The notes beneath the pieces are model-generated. The model was given only the letters and a program-made list of their open reading frames with translations. It searched no databases and was not told the DNA's origin. A program made the translations under genes and the position numbers. 64,000 bases of DNA from Gammaproteobacteria bacterium (GTDB lineage Bacteria; Pseudomonadota; Gammaproteobacteria; Arenicellales; Poriferihabitantaceae): positions 1,166 to 65,165 of the forward strand of contig VYFG01000129.1 in NCBI GenBank assembly GCA_009842505.1, read 5' to 3'. Numbering within the stretch: position 1 is the first letter of the stretch; the number at the start of each line of letters is the position of its first letter. This document shows positions 19,404 through 29,325 of the stretch, one piece after another.

Positions 19404-19632
19404 TGAAAACCTCTAAAGGAAATTGAATACATGTGCCGAAGTAGGGAAGCACTGCCCGAACCTCGTACACCGTACCCCCGGACCGTGAGCCGGACAGGGG
19501 AGGCGTATTCTAGCGGCACGCCCGGCCGGTCACAACCCTGAAACCCGGAAAGATCAGGATTTTTGACCCGGGAGACGGTATAATCCCGCGCCTTTCAATC
19601 GCCGTATACTTTGACAAAGATCGGATGTTCCA

Positions 19633-20814
19633 ATGAAGCTTGATCGGGTTGGATTCGTGGGCTGGCGCGGCATGGTGGGGTCCGTCCTCATGCAGCGCAT
19701 GATGCAGGAAAATGACTTCTCCCGCATGGGGGAGGCCGTGTTCTTCACCACGTCCCAGACCGGCCAACCCGGCCCGGATATCGGCCGGGACAGCGGCACA
19801 CTCGTCGACGCCACCGACCTGGATGCCCTGGGAGCCTGCGACGTGATCGTCACCTGCCAGGGCGGCGGCTACACGTCGGACGTCCATCCCCGCCTGCGCG
19901 CCGGCGGCTGGAACGGCTACTGGATCGACGCCGCCTCCACCCTGCGCATGTCCGGGGACGCCGTCATCATCCTGGATCCCGTCAACCTGCCGCTGATCCG
20001 GGACGGACTGGACCGCGGCCGGAAGGATTTCATCGGCCCCAACTGCACCGTCAGCCTGATGATGCTGGCGCTGGACGGGCTGCTCGGCGAGAACCTGGTG
20101 GAATGGATTTCCGTGGCCACCTACCAGGCCGTATCCGGCGCCGGGGCGCGCCAGATGCGGGAATTCATCCGGCAGATGGGCATGGTGCACGACCGTGCGG
20201 CAACCCTGGTGGACAACCCGGACAGCAGTATCCTGGATATCGACCGGCAGGTGCTCGAGACCCTGCAGTCGGCGGATTTGCCGGTGCAGGAGATCGGCTA
20301 TCCCCTGACGGGGAACCTGCTGCCCTGGATTGACGGGGACCTCGATTCGGGCATCAGCCGCGAGGAATGGAAGGGCTCCGTGGAAACCAACAAGATCCTT
20401 GGCCGCGGCGGTGCGCCCATTCCCATCGAAAGCACCTGCATCCGCGTCGGGACCATGCGCTGTCACAGCCAAGCGCTCACCCTGAAGCTGAACCGGGATC
20501 TGCCGCTGGCGGAAATCGAGGCGCTAGTGGACGGCGCCAACGATTGGGTTCATGTCGTGCCCAACCAGCGCGAGGCGTCCCTCAGCGACCTGACGCCGGC
20601 GAAGGTGACCGGCACGCTCGACATTCCGGTGGGCCGCATCCGCAAGCTCAACATGGGTCCCGGGCACGTGGCCGCCTTCACGGTGGGCGACCAGTTGCTC
20701 TGGGGCGCGGCGGAGCCGCTCAGGCGGATGCTGTGCATCCTCTCGGAGTACGGGGTCAGGGGGCAGGGTCGGGAGGAAGACTCCGCGCGGACCGCCCGGG
20801 TGGCTGCCGCCTAG
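19633..20814 (+). CDS. asd: Aspartate-semialdehyde dehydrogenase (E. coli-type long form)
   Basis: VGFVGWRGMVGSVLMQRM N-terminus, the active-site context GPNCTVSLM and C-terminal LLWGAAEPLRRML are present. There are about 22 extra C-terminal residues relative to my recollection of E. coli Asd. Confidence 0.9.
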   Translation: MKLDRVGFVGWRGMVGSVLMQRMMQENDFSRMGEAVFFTTSQTGQPGPDIGRDSGTLVDATDLDALGACDVIVTCQGGGYTSDVHPRLRAGGWNGYWIDAASTLRMSGDAVIILDPVNLPLIRDGLDRGRKDFIGPNCTVSLMMLALDGLLGENLVEWISVATYQAVSGAGARQMREFIRQMGMVHDRAATLVDNPDSSILDIDRQVLETLQSADLPVQEIGYPLTGNLLPWIDGDLDSGISREEWKGSVETNKILGRGGAPIPIESTCIRVGTMRCHSQALTLKLNRDLPLAEIEALVDGANDWVHVVPNQREASLSDLTPAKVTGTLDIPVGRIRKLNMGPGHVAAFTVGDQLLWGAAEPLRRMLCILSEYGVRGQGREEDSARTARVAAA

Positions 20815-20912
20815 GTTTTCCGACCCGCGGCAGGGGTTCGGCCGGGATTGTCGCCGGCCCCCGCTTCCATTCCCAGGGGATCACGACCGCCCGGCTGCGC
20901 CCAGGCTGTATT

Positions 20913-22049
20913 TCAGGCCGCAGCCGTCAGCTGGTTGCCGAGAACGCTCTTCAGTGCCGCCAGGCAGTAGTCGACGTTTTCCGGCCGCGCGGCCTCACCC
21001 ATCAGGCCGATGCGCCAGATCTTGCCGGACAGCTCACCCAGGCCGGCGCCGATCTCAAGGTCATGCTTGGCGAGCAGTTCCCGGCGGAGCCCGGCGTCAT
21101 CCACGCCCTCGGGAATCCTGACCGCGTTCAGCTGCGGCAGCCGTGCGGACTCCTCCACGAGCATCTCGAGGCCCAGGTCCTGCAGCCCCTTGACCAAGCG
21201 TTCATGGCAGTCCCGATGGCGCTGCCAGGCGTTTTCCAGGCCCTCCTCATGCAGCATGACCAGCGCTTCGTGGAGGGCATAGATGGCATTGACCGGCGCG
21301 GTATGGTGGTAGCTGCGCCCGCCGGCGCTGTCCCAGTAGCCCATGACCAGGCTGAGATCGAGAAACCAGCTCTGCACCCTGCTCCCGCGTGACCGGATCT
21401 TTTCCAGGGCCGCCGCGCCGAAGGTCACCGGGGAAAGCCCGGGCATGCAGGACAGGCATTTCTGGCTGCCGGAATACACCGCGTCCAGTTGCCACTCGTC
21501 GACCAGCAACGGCACGCCCGCGAGCGAGGTCACCGCATCGACAATGACCAGGGCGCCTTGCCGATGCGCCAGGTCGGTGATCGCCCGGGCATCGCTCAGG
21601 GCACCGGTGGAGGTTTCCGCGTGCACGAAGGCCACGACTTTCGTATCCGGATGCCGGTCCAGGGCCTCGGCAACCTTCGCCGGGTCCACCGGGGCGCCCC
21701 AGGGATCCTCCACCACCACGGCGACGCCGCCGGACCGCTCCACGTTCTCCTTCATGCGTCCGCCGAAGACACCGTTGACACATACGATGACCTTGTCCCC
21801 CGGCTCCACCAGGTTCACGAAGCACATCTCCATGCCGGCGGACCCCGGCGCGCTGACCGGCATGGTCAGGGCGTTCCCGGTCCGGAACGCGTGTTGGAGC
21901 AGTGCCTTGGTTTCGTCCATCAGGCCGGCGAAGGCCGGATCAAGGTGGCCGATAGTGGGACGCGCGGAGGCGGCAAGCACACGGGGATGGACCATAGTGG
22001 GTCCCGGCCCCATCAGCCTCCGCGGGGGCGGAGTAAAGGGTTGATACAT
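20913..22049 (-). CDS. Class V aminotransferase (serine-pyruvate / alanine-glyoxylate aminotransferase type)
   Basis: 378 aa. The PLP-lysine context reads YSGSQKCLSCMPGLSP, within the AGT/SPT-like overall pattern. Confidence 0.8.
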   Translation of the reverse strand: MYQPFTPPPRRLMGPGPTMVHPRVLAASARPTIGHLDPAFAGLMDETKALLQHAFRTGNALTMPVSAPGSAGMEMCFVNLVEPGDKVIVCVNGVFGGRMKENVERSGGVAVVVEDPWGAPVDPAKVAEALDRHPDTKVVAFVHAETSTGALSDARAITDLAHRQGALVIVDAVTSLAGVPLLVDEWQLDAVYSGSQKCLSCMPGLSPVTFGAAALEKIRSRGSRVQSWFLDLSLVMGYWDSAGGRSYHHTAPVNAIYALHEALVMLHEEGLENAWQRHRDCHERLVKGLQDLGLEMLVEESARLPQLNAVRIPEGVDDAGLRRELLAKHDLEIGAGLGELSGKIWRIGLMGEAARPENVDYCLAALKSVLGNQLTAAA

Positions 22050-22359
22050 CGGAAAATCCTGAAAAAATTGAACCTGTTATGGTAATCGGGCATGGCACGC
22101 CGGATGATCAGTTATATTTATCTGGAATATAAATTTCACTGATTTTTTCGCATGCGGCATTTGTGGCAGCTTATGCGGTCCGGAGCGCCCGCATGGGACC
22201 CGCAACCGGCTCGGGGCGACAATTCGCGCACAGGCCCAGTAATTGGCTGCAGCCCAACGGGGAATCGAATACAATCTGCGCCGTTTTCATTTTGCATGCT
22301 CCTGGACCGGACCGCCCGCCCCGGTCCGGAGGCGGTCATGAGCCCGAACATTTCCGACC

Positions 22360-23322
22360 ATGAATATCCTGATCGCAGACAGCTTTCCCGATACACACCG
22401 GCTTGAACTCGAGAATCTGGGACACCGGGTCACCATGAACCCGGCTTTGGATGAGCACACTCTCACCGGGGCCATCGGCGACCACGACATCCTGGTGGTG
22501 CGCAGCACCCGGGTGAATGCTGCCACCCTGGATGCGGGAACCGGCCTCAGGCTGGTGGTCCGCGCCGGTGCGGGCACCAACACCATCGACTGCGCCCGGG
22601 CAGCAAGCAGGGGCATCCGGGTCTGCAACGTGCCCGGCGCCAATGCCCTGGCAGTGGCGGAACTGGTTCTCGGCCTGATCATCTGCATCGACCGCAACCT
22701 CGCCGACAACGTGGCGGACCTCAGAAACGGCATCTGGAACAAGAAGAAATACAGCAAGTCCCGCGGGCTTTGCGGGCAGAAACTCGGCATACTGGGCATG
22801 GGCGCCATCGGCCTTGCCGTGGCGGAACGCGCCCGGGCCTTCGGCATGCAGGTGTTTGCCGTGCACAGGGACGGCCGTGACCGGGCCACCGCCGCGCGCA
22901 TGTCCGCGGCGGGCATCACCGAACTCGAGAGCCAGGAGGCTCTCCTGGAGGAGTGCGACATCGTGACCATTCATCTGCCGGCCACCGAAAAAACCCGGGG
23001 AATGGTCAACGGGGATTTCCTGGCACGGATGAAGCCGGGCGCGATGCTGATCAATTCATCCCGCGGGGAACTGGTGGACGAGGCGGCCCTGCTGCATGCC
23101 ATCGAAACCAGGGACATCCGCGCGGGGCTTGACGTCTACCACAACGAACCCGCCGGCGGGGAGGGCGACTTCGAATCCGCCATTGCCCGTCACCCGGCGG
23201 TTTGCGGTACCCACCACATCGGCGCGTCCACCGCCCAGGCGCAGACCGCCGTGGCGGACGGGGTTGTTGCTATCATCCAGGCCTTCGAGAACGGCGAGGT
23301 GCGCAACTGTGTCAACGCCTGA
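22360..23322 (+). CDS. serA: D-isomer-specific 2-hydroxyacid dehydrogenase, short (no ACT domain) 3-phosphoglycerate dehydrogenase type
   Basis: 320 aa. NAD-binding loop GILGMGAIGLAVA and catalytic region SSRGELVDE...THHIGAST are present. The serA call leans on the adjacent serC. Hydroxypyruvate reductase cannot be excluded. Confidence 0.65.
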   Translation: MNILIADSFPDTHRLELENLGHRVTMNPALDEHTLTGAIGDHDILVVRSTRVNAATLDAGTGLRLVVRAGAGTNTIDCARAASRGIRVCNVPGANALAVAELVLGLIICIDRNLADNVADLRNGIWNKKKYSKSRGLCGQKLGILGMGAIGLAVAERARAFGMQVFAVHRDGRDRATAARMSAAGITELESQEALLEECDIVTIHLPATEKTRGMVNGDFLARMKPGAMLINSSRGELVDEAALLHAIETRDIRAGLDVYHNEPAGGEGDFESAIARHPAVCGTHHIGASTAQAQTAVADGVVAIIQAFENGEVRNCVNA

Positions 23323-23412
23323 AACCCCCGGGGCGCCCGGGAATATCCAGCGGCAAGCCCCCCGCGCGAACACCCTGCAAAGAAAGCATTCCACTTTTCC
23401 GAACTGAGTCCC

Positions 23413-24498
23413 ATGTCCAGCCGCAAACACAATTTCAGTGCCGGGCCCTGCACCCTGCCCCTCACGGTTCTCGAGGAGGCCCAGGCCGAGTTCGTCGATT
23501 ACCAGGGTGCCGGCATGTCGCTCATCGAGATGAGCCACCGGGGAAAGCATTTTGACGCGGTGGCCAACGAAGCCATGGCGCTGGCCATGGAGGTGTCCGG
23601 CGCACCCGACGATTTCACCGTGCTGTTTCTCCAGGGAGGGGCGATCCTGCAGTTTTCCATGGTGCCCATGAACCTGCTGAAACCCGGACTCAGGGCGGGC
23701 TATCTCAACACCGGCACCTGGGCCAAGGGCGCCATCACCGATGCCCGTGAATACGGCGATGTCTACGTCGCCTGGGACGGAGAGGCCGACAACTACGCAC
23801 GCATGCCCGCAGGCGGCGAGATCGGGATCGAGGACGGTACCCGCTACCTGCATGTCACCAGCAACGAGACGATCGGCGGCATCCAGCTCCGCGAATGGCC
23901 GACGGTGGACGTGCCCATGGTGGCGGACATGTCGTCCGACTACCTGTCGAGACCCATTCCCTGGGACAGGCTCGATCTCGTCTACGGCGGGGTCCAGAAA
24001 AATCTCGGTCCTGCGGGCATGGCGGTGGTCTTCGTGCGCAAGTCCATCCTGGAAGAAACCAACCGTGACATCGGCCGCTACCTGCGCTACGACATCCAGG
24101 CATCCAAGCAGTCCATGTTCAACACGCCGCCGGTGTTCACCATCTACATGCTCGGCAAGGTGCTCAGGTGGATGCGGGACGAGGGCGGCATTCCCGAAAT
24201 GGAGGCCCGCGCAGCAGCAAAGGCCGCTCTTCTCTACGACACCATCGACCAGAGCGGAGACTTCTACCGATGCCCCGTGGATGTGGCGTCCCGTTCACAC
24301 ATGAACGTGGTGTTCCGCCTGCCGAGCGAGGACCTCGAGGCGCAGTTCCTCGGCGAGGCGGCGGGTGCGGATCTGCTGAACCTGGAGGGCCACCGCAACG
24401 TCGGGGGCTGCCGCGCCAGCATCTACAACGCCCTCCCCCATGAGAGCGTGGCCGCCCTGACGGATTTCATGCGGTCCTTCCAGGCCGACAACGGCTGA
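23413..24498 (+). CDS. serC: Phosphoserine aminotransferase
   Basis: 361 aa. NFSAGPCTLPLTVLEEAQ N-terminus and ...YGGVQKNLGPAG PLP-lysine context are present. Confidence 0.9.
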   Translation: MSSRKHNFSAGPCTLPLTVLEEAQAEFVDYQGAGMSLIEMSHRGKHFDAVANEAMALAMEVSGAPDDFTVLFLQGGAILQFSMVPMNLLKPGLRAGYLNTGTWAKGAITDAREYGDVYVAWDGEADNYARMPAGGEIGIEDGTRYLHVTSNETIGGIQLREWPTVDVPMVADMSSDYLSRPIPWDRLDLVYGGVQKNLGPAGMAVVFVRKSILEETNRDIGRYLRYDIQASKQSMFNTPPVFTIYMLGKVLRWMRDEGGIPEMEARAAAKAALLYDTIDQSGDFYRCPVDVASRSHMNVVFRLPSEDLEAQFLGEAAGADLLNLEGHRNVGGCRASIYNALPHESVAALTDFMRSFQADNG

Positions 24499-24515
24499 CC
24501 CCGCCCCCATAGACC

Positions 24516-25754
24516 ATGCCGAAGATCAAACCATTCGACGGATACCTGGTCCGGAACGAGGTGGCGGCCAGGGTGGTTGCGCCGGAATACGATACCGTGC
24601 CGGCGGCCCAGCGGCGCGCGTTCGCCGACGCCAACCCGCAGAATTTCCTCAATACCATCCGCCTGCTGGATGATTTCGATCCGGCCTGCCCGCCCACCCA
24701 GGACGAACTGATCGAGTTCAACAGGGGCAACCTCGAACGCCTGCTCGACGAAGGCCTGTTCAACCTCATCGAAGACCCCTGCATCTACATCTACGAACTC
24801 AACCACTTCGATCACACCCAGTCCGGCGTCGTCTGCGAGATCTCCGCCGACGAGTACGACCGGGGCCATGTCAAGAAGCACGAGAACACCCGCCGGAACC
24901 AGGAGAACCTGCTGACGTACTACCAGAAGGAGATCGGTGTCGCCTCCTGCCCGATTTCGCTGGCTTATTCGGCCAACGAGGAAATCGACCGATTCATCCG
25001 CGAACAGCAGAAAGCCCCGCCCATGCTGGAATTCACCACCGGGGACGATGTCTATCAGCGTGTCTGGTGCATCGGGGAAGCATCGCTGCAGGAGGAACTT
25101 TCCCGGCTGTTCGAATCCGTGGAGGACACTTACCTAACGGACGGTCACCACCGGGCGGCATCTGGCTGGCGCTACACGGAACTGATGCGGAAGGAACGGG
25201 GAGGTGACGGGAACCAGCCCCATGAACAACTGCTGGTCGCCCTATTCTCCGACCACGAACTCAAGCTGTTGCCCTATCATCGCTGCGTTCGGGACCTCGG
25301 GGACCTGGACCAGGCGGCATTCCTGCATGCCCTGGAAAAGGACTTCCGCGTCTCGGTAGCCGAGGACCAGGCCGACTGCCTGCCCGCTGCGCATGGTGAA
25401 TTCGGCATGTATCTCGACCATGCCTGGTACCGGCTGGCCATCAGGCCGGAGCTGGTTGACTGGGATGATCCGGTGGCCTGCCTGGACGTTTCCCTGCTGC
25501 AGGACCACATTCTCGGGCCGGTTTGCGGCATCCATGATTTCCGGTCCGACCCCCGTCTCGGCTACGTATCCGGCGTGGAGGGCAAACAGGGGCTGGAACA
25601 GAAGGTCCGCGAGGGCTGGGCGGTTTCGTTCGCCTGCCATGCCACCGCCATGGACCAGCTTTTCCACGTCGCCGATGCAGGTGCACTGATGCCGCCGAAA
25701 TCCACCTATTTCGACCCGAAGACCCGCTCCGGCATCTGGGTAAGGCGCAAGTAG
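24516..25754 (+). CDS. DUF1015-family protein (function unknown)
   Basis: 412 aa. MPKIKPFDGYLVRNE...VVAPEYDTV matches my recollection of the DUF1015 N-terminal signature. It starts 17 nt after serC. Confidence 0.65.
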   Translation: MPKIKPFDGYLVRNEVAARVVAPEYDTVPAAQRRAFADANPQNFLNTIRLLDDFDPACPPTQDELIEFNRGNLERLLDEGLFNLIEDPCIYIYELNHFDHTQSGVVCEISADEYDRGHVKKHENTRRNQENLLTYYQKEIGVASCPISLAYSANEEIDRFIREQQKAPPMLEFTTGDDVYQRVWCIGEASLQEELSRLFESVEDTYLTDGHHRAASGWRYTELMRKERGGDGNQPHEQLLVALFSDHELKLLPYHRCVRDLGDLDQAAFLHALEKDFRVSVAEDQADCLPAAHGEFGMYLDHAWYRLAIRPELVDWDDPVACLDVSLLQDHILGPVCGIHDFRSDPRLGYVSGVEGKQGLEQKVREGWAVSFACHATAMDQLFHVADAGALMPPKSTYFDPKTRSGIWVRRK

Positions 25755-25823
25755 GGACGCCCTTGCAGCCCGGCCCGGGGCCGCGGCGCGGGCGCCCCCC
25801 GTTGAACCGGTTCCGCCGGGACT

Positions 25824-26669
25824 TCAGCAGCCCGCCAGCCCGCCGCAGGTGACGCGGGGCAGTCCCGCCAGGTCATGCAGGGTTTCCACCCGGAAGAAAC
25901 CGGCGTCCCCGAACATCTCCGCCACCGCCGCCGCCTGTTCATACCCGTGTTCCAGTATGAGGTGACCGCCGGGCATAATGAACGGCGGCGCCGATGCGAT
26001 GACGGTGCCGAGGTCGGCCAGGCCGCCCTTTCCGGCCACCAGTGCATCCGCCGGCTCGTGGCGGACCCCGCCAAGCAGGCACGGATCATCCGCATCCACG
26101 TAGGGCGGATTGGCCAGAACCAGGTCGAATCTTTCGCCCGCCACCGCGGAAAACCAGTCCGAGACCAGCAGCCGCACGTTCGCCGCACCGAGCCTGGCCG
26201 CATTCATGCGGGCCACCCCGATCGCCGGCAGGGAACGGTCCACCGCGGTGATGCGGGATTCCGGCCGTTCCCTGGCCACGGCCAGGGCGATGGCGCCGCA
26301 GCCGGTGCCGAGATCGAGAATCCGCGAGGCACCCGCCGGCAGCCTGGCGAGTCCCTGCTCCACCAGAAGTTCCGTTTCCGGGCGGGGGATCAGGACGTCC
26401 GGAGTCACCTGCAGGCGCATCGACCAGAATTCCCGATGTCCGATCAGATAGGCCACGGGCATGCCCCGGGCACGCTCCCCGACCTGCCTGAAGAAGGCCC
26501 TGGACTCGGCATCCGCCAGGACATTGTCCGGATGGGCGAGCAGCCAGGCCCGACCCTTCCCGAGCTGATGCGCAAGCAGCACCTCCGCATCCAGCCGGGC
26601 AGTGTCCGTCTCGCCTTCCCGGAGTATTTCGGTCGCCCGGCCGAGCGAACGGGAGATGCTGCCGGTCAC
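25824..26669 (-). CDS. prmC: Release-factor glutamine N5-methyltransferase
   Basis: 281 aa. SAM site [11 protein letters not shown] and the NPPY motif (LANPPYV) are present. It overlaps the prfA stop by 4 nt. Confidence 0.9.
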   Translation of the reverse strand: MTGSISRSLGRATEILREGETDTARLDAEVLLAHQLGKGRAWLLAHPDNVLADAESRAFFRQVGERARGMPVAYLIGHREFWSMRLQVTPDVLIPRPETELLVEQGLARLPAGASRILDLGTGCGAIALAVARERPESRITAVDRSLPAIGVARMNAARLGAANVRLLVSDWFSAVAGERFDLVLANPPYVDADDPCLLGGVRHEPADALVAGKGGLADLGTVIASAPPFIMPGGHLILEHGYEQAAAVAEMFGDAGFFRVETLHDLAGLPRVTCGGLAGC

Positions 26670-27754
26670 GCCCCGGTGTTCAGCTCGGCCAGCTGAACGG
26701 CCTGGTTTTCCGTGACCAGGGGTTCAATCACCTGGTCCAGGTCGCCGCCCATGATATCGACCAGCCGGTAGAGGGTCAGGTTGATGCGATGGTCCGTGAC
26801 CCTGCCCTGGGGATAGTTGTAGGTGCGTATGCGCTCAGACCGGTCACCGCTGCCGACCAGGGACTTGCGTGTGCTGGCCTCCATCTCCCGCTGCCTTTGC
26901 AGTTCGGCTTCCAGCAGCCTGGATGCCAGCATGGACATGGCTCTGGCCCGGTTCTTGTGCTGGGAGCGCTCGTCCTGGCATTCCACCACGATACCGCTCG
27001 GCAGGTGCGTGATCCGGATGGCGGAATCGGTCTTGTTGACGTGCTGGCCGCCGGCGCCGGACGCGCGATAGGTATCCACCCTGAGATCCGCGGGGTTGAG
27101 TTCCACCGCATCCACCTCCTGGGCTTCGGGCAGCACCGCCACCGTGCAGGCTGACGTGTGGATCCGCCCCTGGGACTCGGTTTCCGGCACCCGCTGCACG
27201 CGGTGGGCGCCGGACTCGAACTTGAGGCGGGAATAGGCGCCCTGCCCCACGATGCGGGAGATGATTTCCCTGTACCCCCCGTGTTCGCCTTCACTGCGGC
27301 TCAGCACCTCCACCTGCCAGCCGCGGACCCCGGCGTAGCAGCCGTACATCCGGAACAGGTCACCGGCGAAGATGGCCGCCTCGTCGCCCCCGGTGCCTGC
27401 GCGGATCTCGAGGAAGATGTTGCGGTTGTCGTTGGGGTCCCGGGGCAGCAGGAGTTTTTTCAGCTCGTCCTCGCGCTCCGCCAGGCCCGATTCGAGTCCG
27501 GGCAGCTCCTCCCTGGCCATGTCGCGGATGGAGTGGTCGTCGTCCTGCAGCATCTGCCGCGTCTCCTCGACCTGGCTCTCCAGCTCCCGGAAACCGTCAA
27601 ACGCCATCACGACCGGTTCGATCTCCGACAGCTCGATGGACAGGCGGCGGAATTCATCCTGCTTGAGTGCCGTGTCCGGTTCGGACAAGAGCGCATGGAT
27701 TTCACCATGCCGGTCCCGTATCTGCTGGAGCCTTTCGCGGGTGGAGGGGTTCAT
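26666..27754 (-). CDS. prfA: Peptide chain release factor 1
   Basis: 362 aa from the ATG at 27754 (MNPSTRERL...). GGQ motif [11 protein letters not shown] and an RF1-type P-x-T (PET) are present. The 593-aa track ORF is an artefactual extension into hemA. Confidence 0.95.
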   Translation of the reverse strand: MNPSTRERLQQIRDRHGEIHALLSEPDTALKQDEFRRLSIELSEIEPVVMAFDGFRELESQVEETRQMLQDDDHSIRDMAREELPGLESGLAEREDELKKLLLPRDPNDNRNIFLEIRAGTGGDEAAIFAGDLFRMYGCYAGVRGWQVEVLSRSEGEHGGYREIISRIVGQGAYSRLKFESGAHRVQRVPETESQGRIHTSACTVAVLPEAQEVDAVELNPADLRVDTYRASGAGGQHVNKTDSAIRITHLPSGIVVECQDERSQHKNRARAMSMLASRLLEAELQRQREMEASTRKSLVGSGDRSERIRTYNYPQGRVTDHRINLTLYRLVDIMGGDLDQVIEPLVTENQAVQLAELNTGA

Positions 27755-27824
27755 GGGAACAGGAACTGGTTTCGGGTCATGACGGAACGGGCCGGGCCGG
27801 CCCGGCGCCGGCCGGAAATCCGGG

Positions 27825-29072
27825 CTAGAGCCCGAAGAGCTTGCGTGCGGCGGACAGCAGTCCGGGGTTGCCCTCCATGTCGGCCTGCTTGAGCTGCTGG
27901 CTGGGATGATGGGCGAACTTGTTGGACAGGTCCCGCGCCAGCTGCTCGAGCACCTGTTCGGGCTCCCCGCCCCTGGCCAGGCGCGCCCTGGCCTTGTCCA
28001 GTTCCTCCTTGCGGATGTCGTCCACCCGGCCGCGGAACGTCCGGATGACGGGTTCGGATTCCAGCGACCGCATCCAGCGCATGAACCGCACCACCTGCAG
28101 GTCGATGATGCTCTCGGCTTCGCGGGCCGCCCGCTCCCGCATGTCCCGGCCCTGCTCCACCACGCCCTGCAGGTCGTCGACGGTGTACAGGTAAACATCA
28201 GGCAGTTCCCCCACCTGGGACTCGACGTCCCGCGGCACCGCCAGGTCGAGAATGAAGATCGGACGGTGCCGGCGCTGGCGGATGGCTCCCTCCACCGCAC
28301 CCTTGCCCAGAATGGGCAGCGTGCTTGCGGTGGACGACACGATGATGTCTGCCTGGTGCAGGCGGTCCGGTATCTCGGCAAGGGCGATGGCCTGGCAGTC
28401 CACCGCCTCGGCCAGCCTCCGCGCCCGTTCCACCGAGCGGTTCGCAACGATCAGTTTCCGCACCCGCTGTTCCTTCAGGTGACGGGCCACCAGCTCGATG
28501 GTTTCCCCGGCGCCGATGAGCAGGACGGTGAGTGACGACAGGTCCGCAAACACCCGGGAGGCCAGGCTGACGCCGGCGTAGGCCACGGAAACCGGGCTGG
28601 AACCGATGGCCGTGTCCGTACGCACCTGCTTGGCCACACTGAAGGTATGCTGGAACAACCGGTTGAATACCTTGCCGGTGGTACCGGCCGCGCTGGCGCG
28701 CTGGAAGGCATCCTTCATCTGCCCCAGGATCTGGGGTTCCCCCAGCACCATCGAATCGAGACCGGATGCCACCCTGAAGGCGTGTTTCACGGCCTGCTCA
28801 TCGGGGTAGACGTAGAGACTGCGGCTGAGATCCCCCTCGCCCAGTCCGGCATGCGCCGACAGCCAGCCCACCACCCGTTCGCGGTTGATCCGGGTGTTGC
28901 CGCAATACAGTTCGGTACGATTGCAGGTGGACAGAATGGCGGCCTCGGTCGCAATGCGCGATTTCGCCAGGTCGTCCAGTGCCTCGCCCATGACATCCGG
29001 GCCGAAAGCCACCCGTTCGCGCAGTTTCACGGGCGCGGTTTCATGATTCAGACCCAGGGCCAGAAGGTGCAC
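27825..29072 (-). CDS. hemA: Glutamyl-tRNA reductase
   Basis: 415 aa with a GTG start. [10 protein letters not shown] active-site cysteine context and NAD site [10 protein letters not shown] are present. Confidence 0.9.
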   Translation of the reverse strand: MHLLALGLNHETAPVKLRERVAFGPDVMGEALDDLAKSRIATEAAILSTCNRTELYCGNTRINRERVVGWLSAHAGLGEGDLSRSLYVYPDEQAVKHAFRVASGLDSMVLGEPQILGQMKDAFQRASAAGTTGKVFNRLFQHTFSVAKQVRTDTAIGSSPVSVAYAGVSLASRVFADLSSLTVLLIGAGETIELVARHLKEQRVRKLIVANRSVERARRLAEAVDCQAIALAEIPDRLHQADIIVSSTASTLPILGKGAVEGAIRQRRHRPIFILDLAVPRDVESQVGELPDVYLYTVDDLQGVVEQGRDMRERAAREAESIIDLQVVRFMRWMRSLESEPVIRTFRGRVDDIRKEELDKARARLARGGEPEQVLEQLARDLSNKFAHHPSQQLKQADMEGNPGLLSAARKLFGL

Positions 29073-29325
29073 GGAACGAAATTGGCAGCGATTCTTTATG
29101 TCGTTGTATTATAATGCCGGGATGGAGAAATGTCCGTACCCCGTGGGATGCTAAGGCGATGCGGCGAGATACCGTGCAGGGAGAACCAGGTGTACGACCG
29201 GACCCGGTTGCGTCCGGTTTACGCGAGCATGACGACACGGGAAGACGCCGGCGTGTATGCAATCTGTCCCTACGCGCCATGTACCATCATTCCATCGCAG
29301 CCCGGCTGACCGCCCGGCGGCATCC

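Noticed and set aside
27755-28447. N-terminal 231-aa extension that makes prfA a 593-aa ORF
   Set aside because: The extension overlaps hemA out of frame and has no RF1 similarity. RF1 homology begins at MNPSTRERL (ATG at 27754), giving a normal 362-aa protein.
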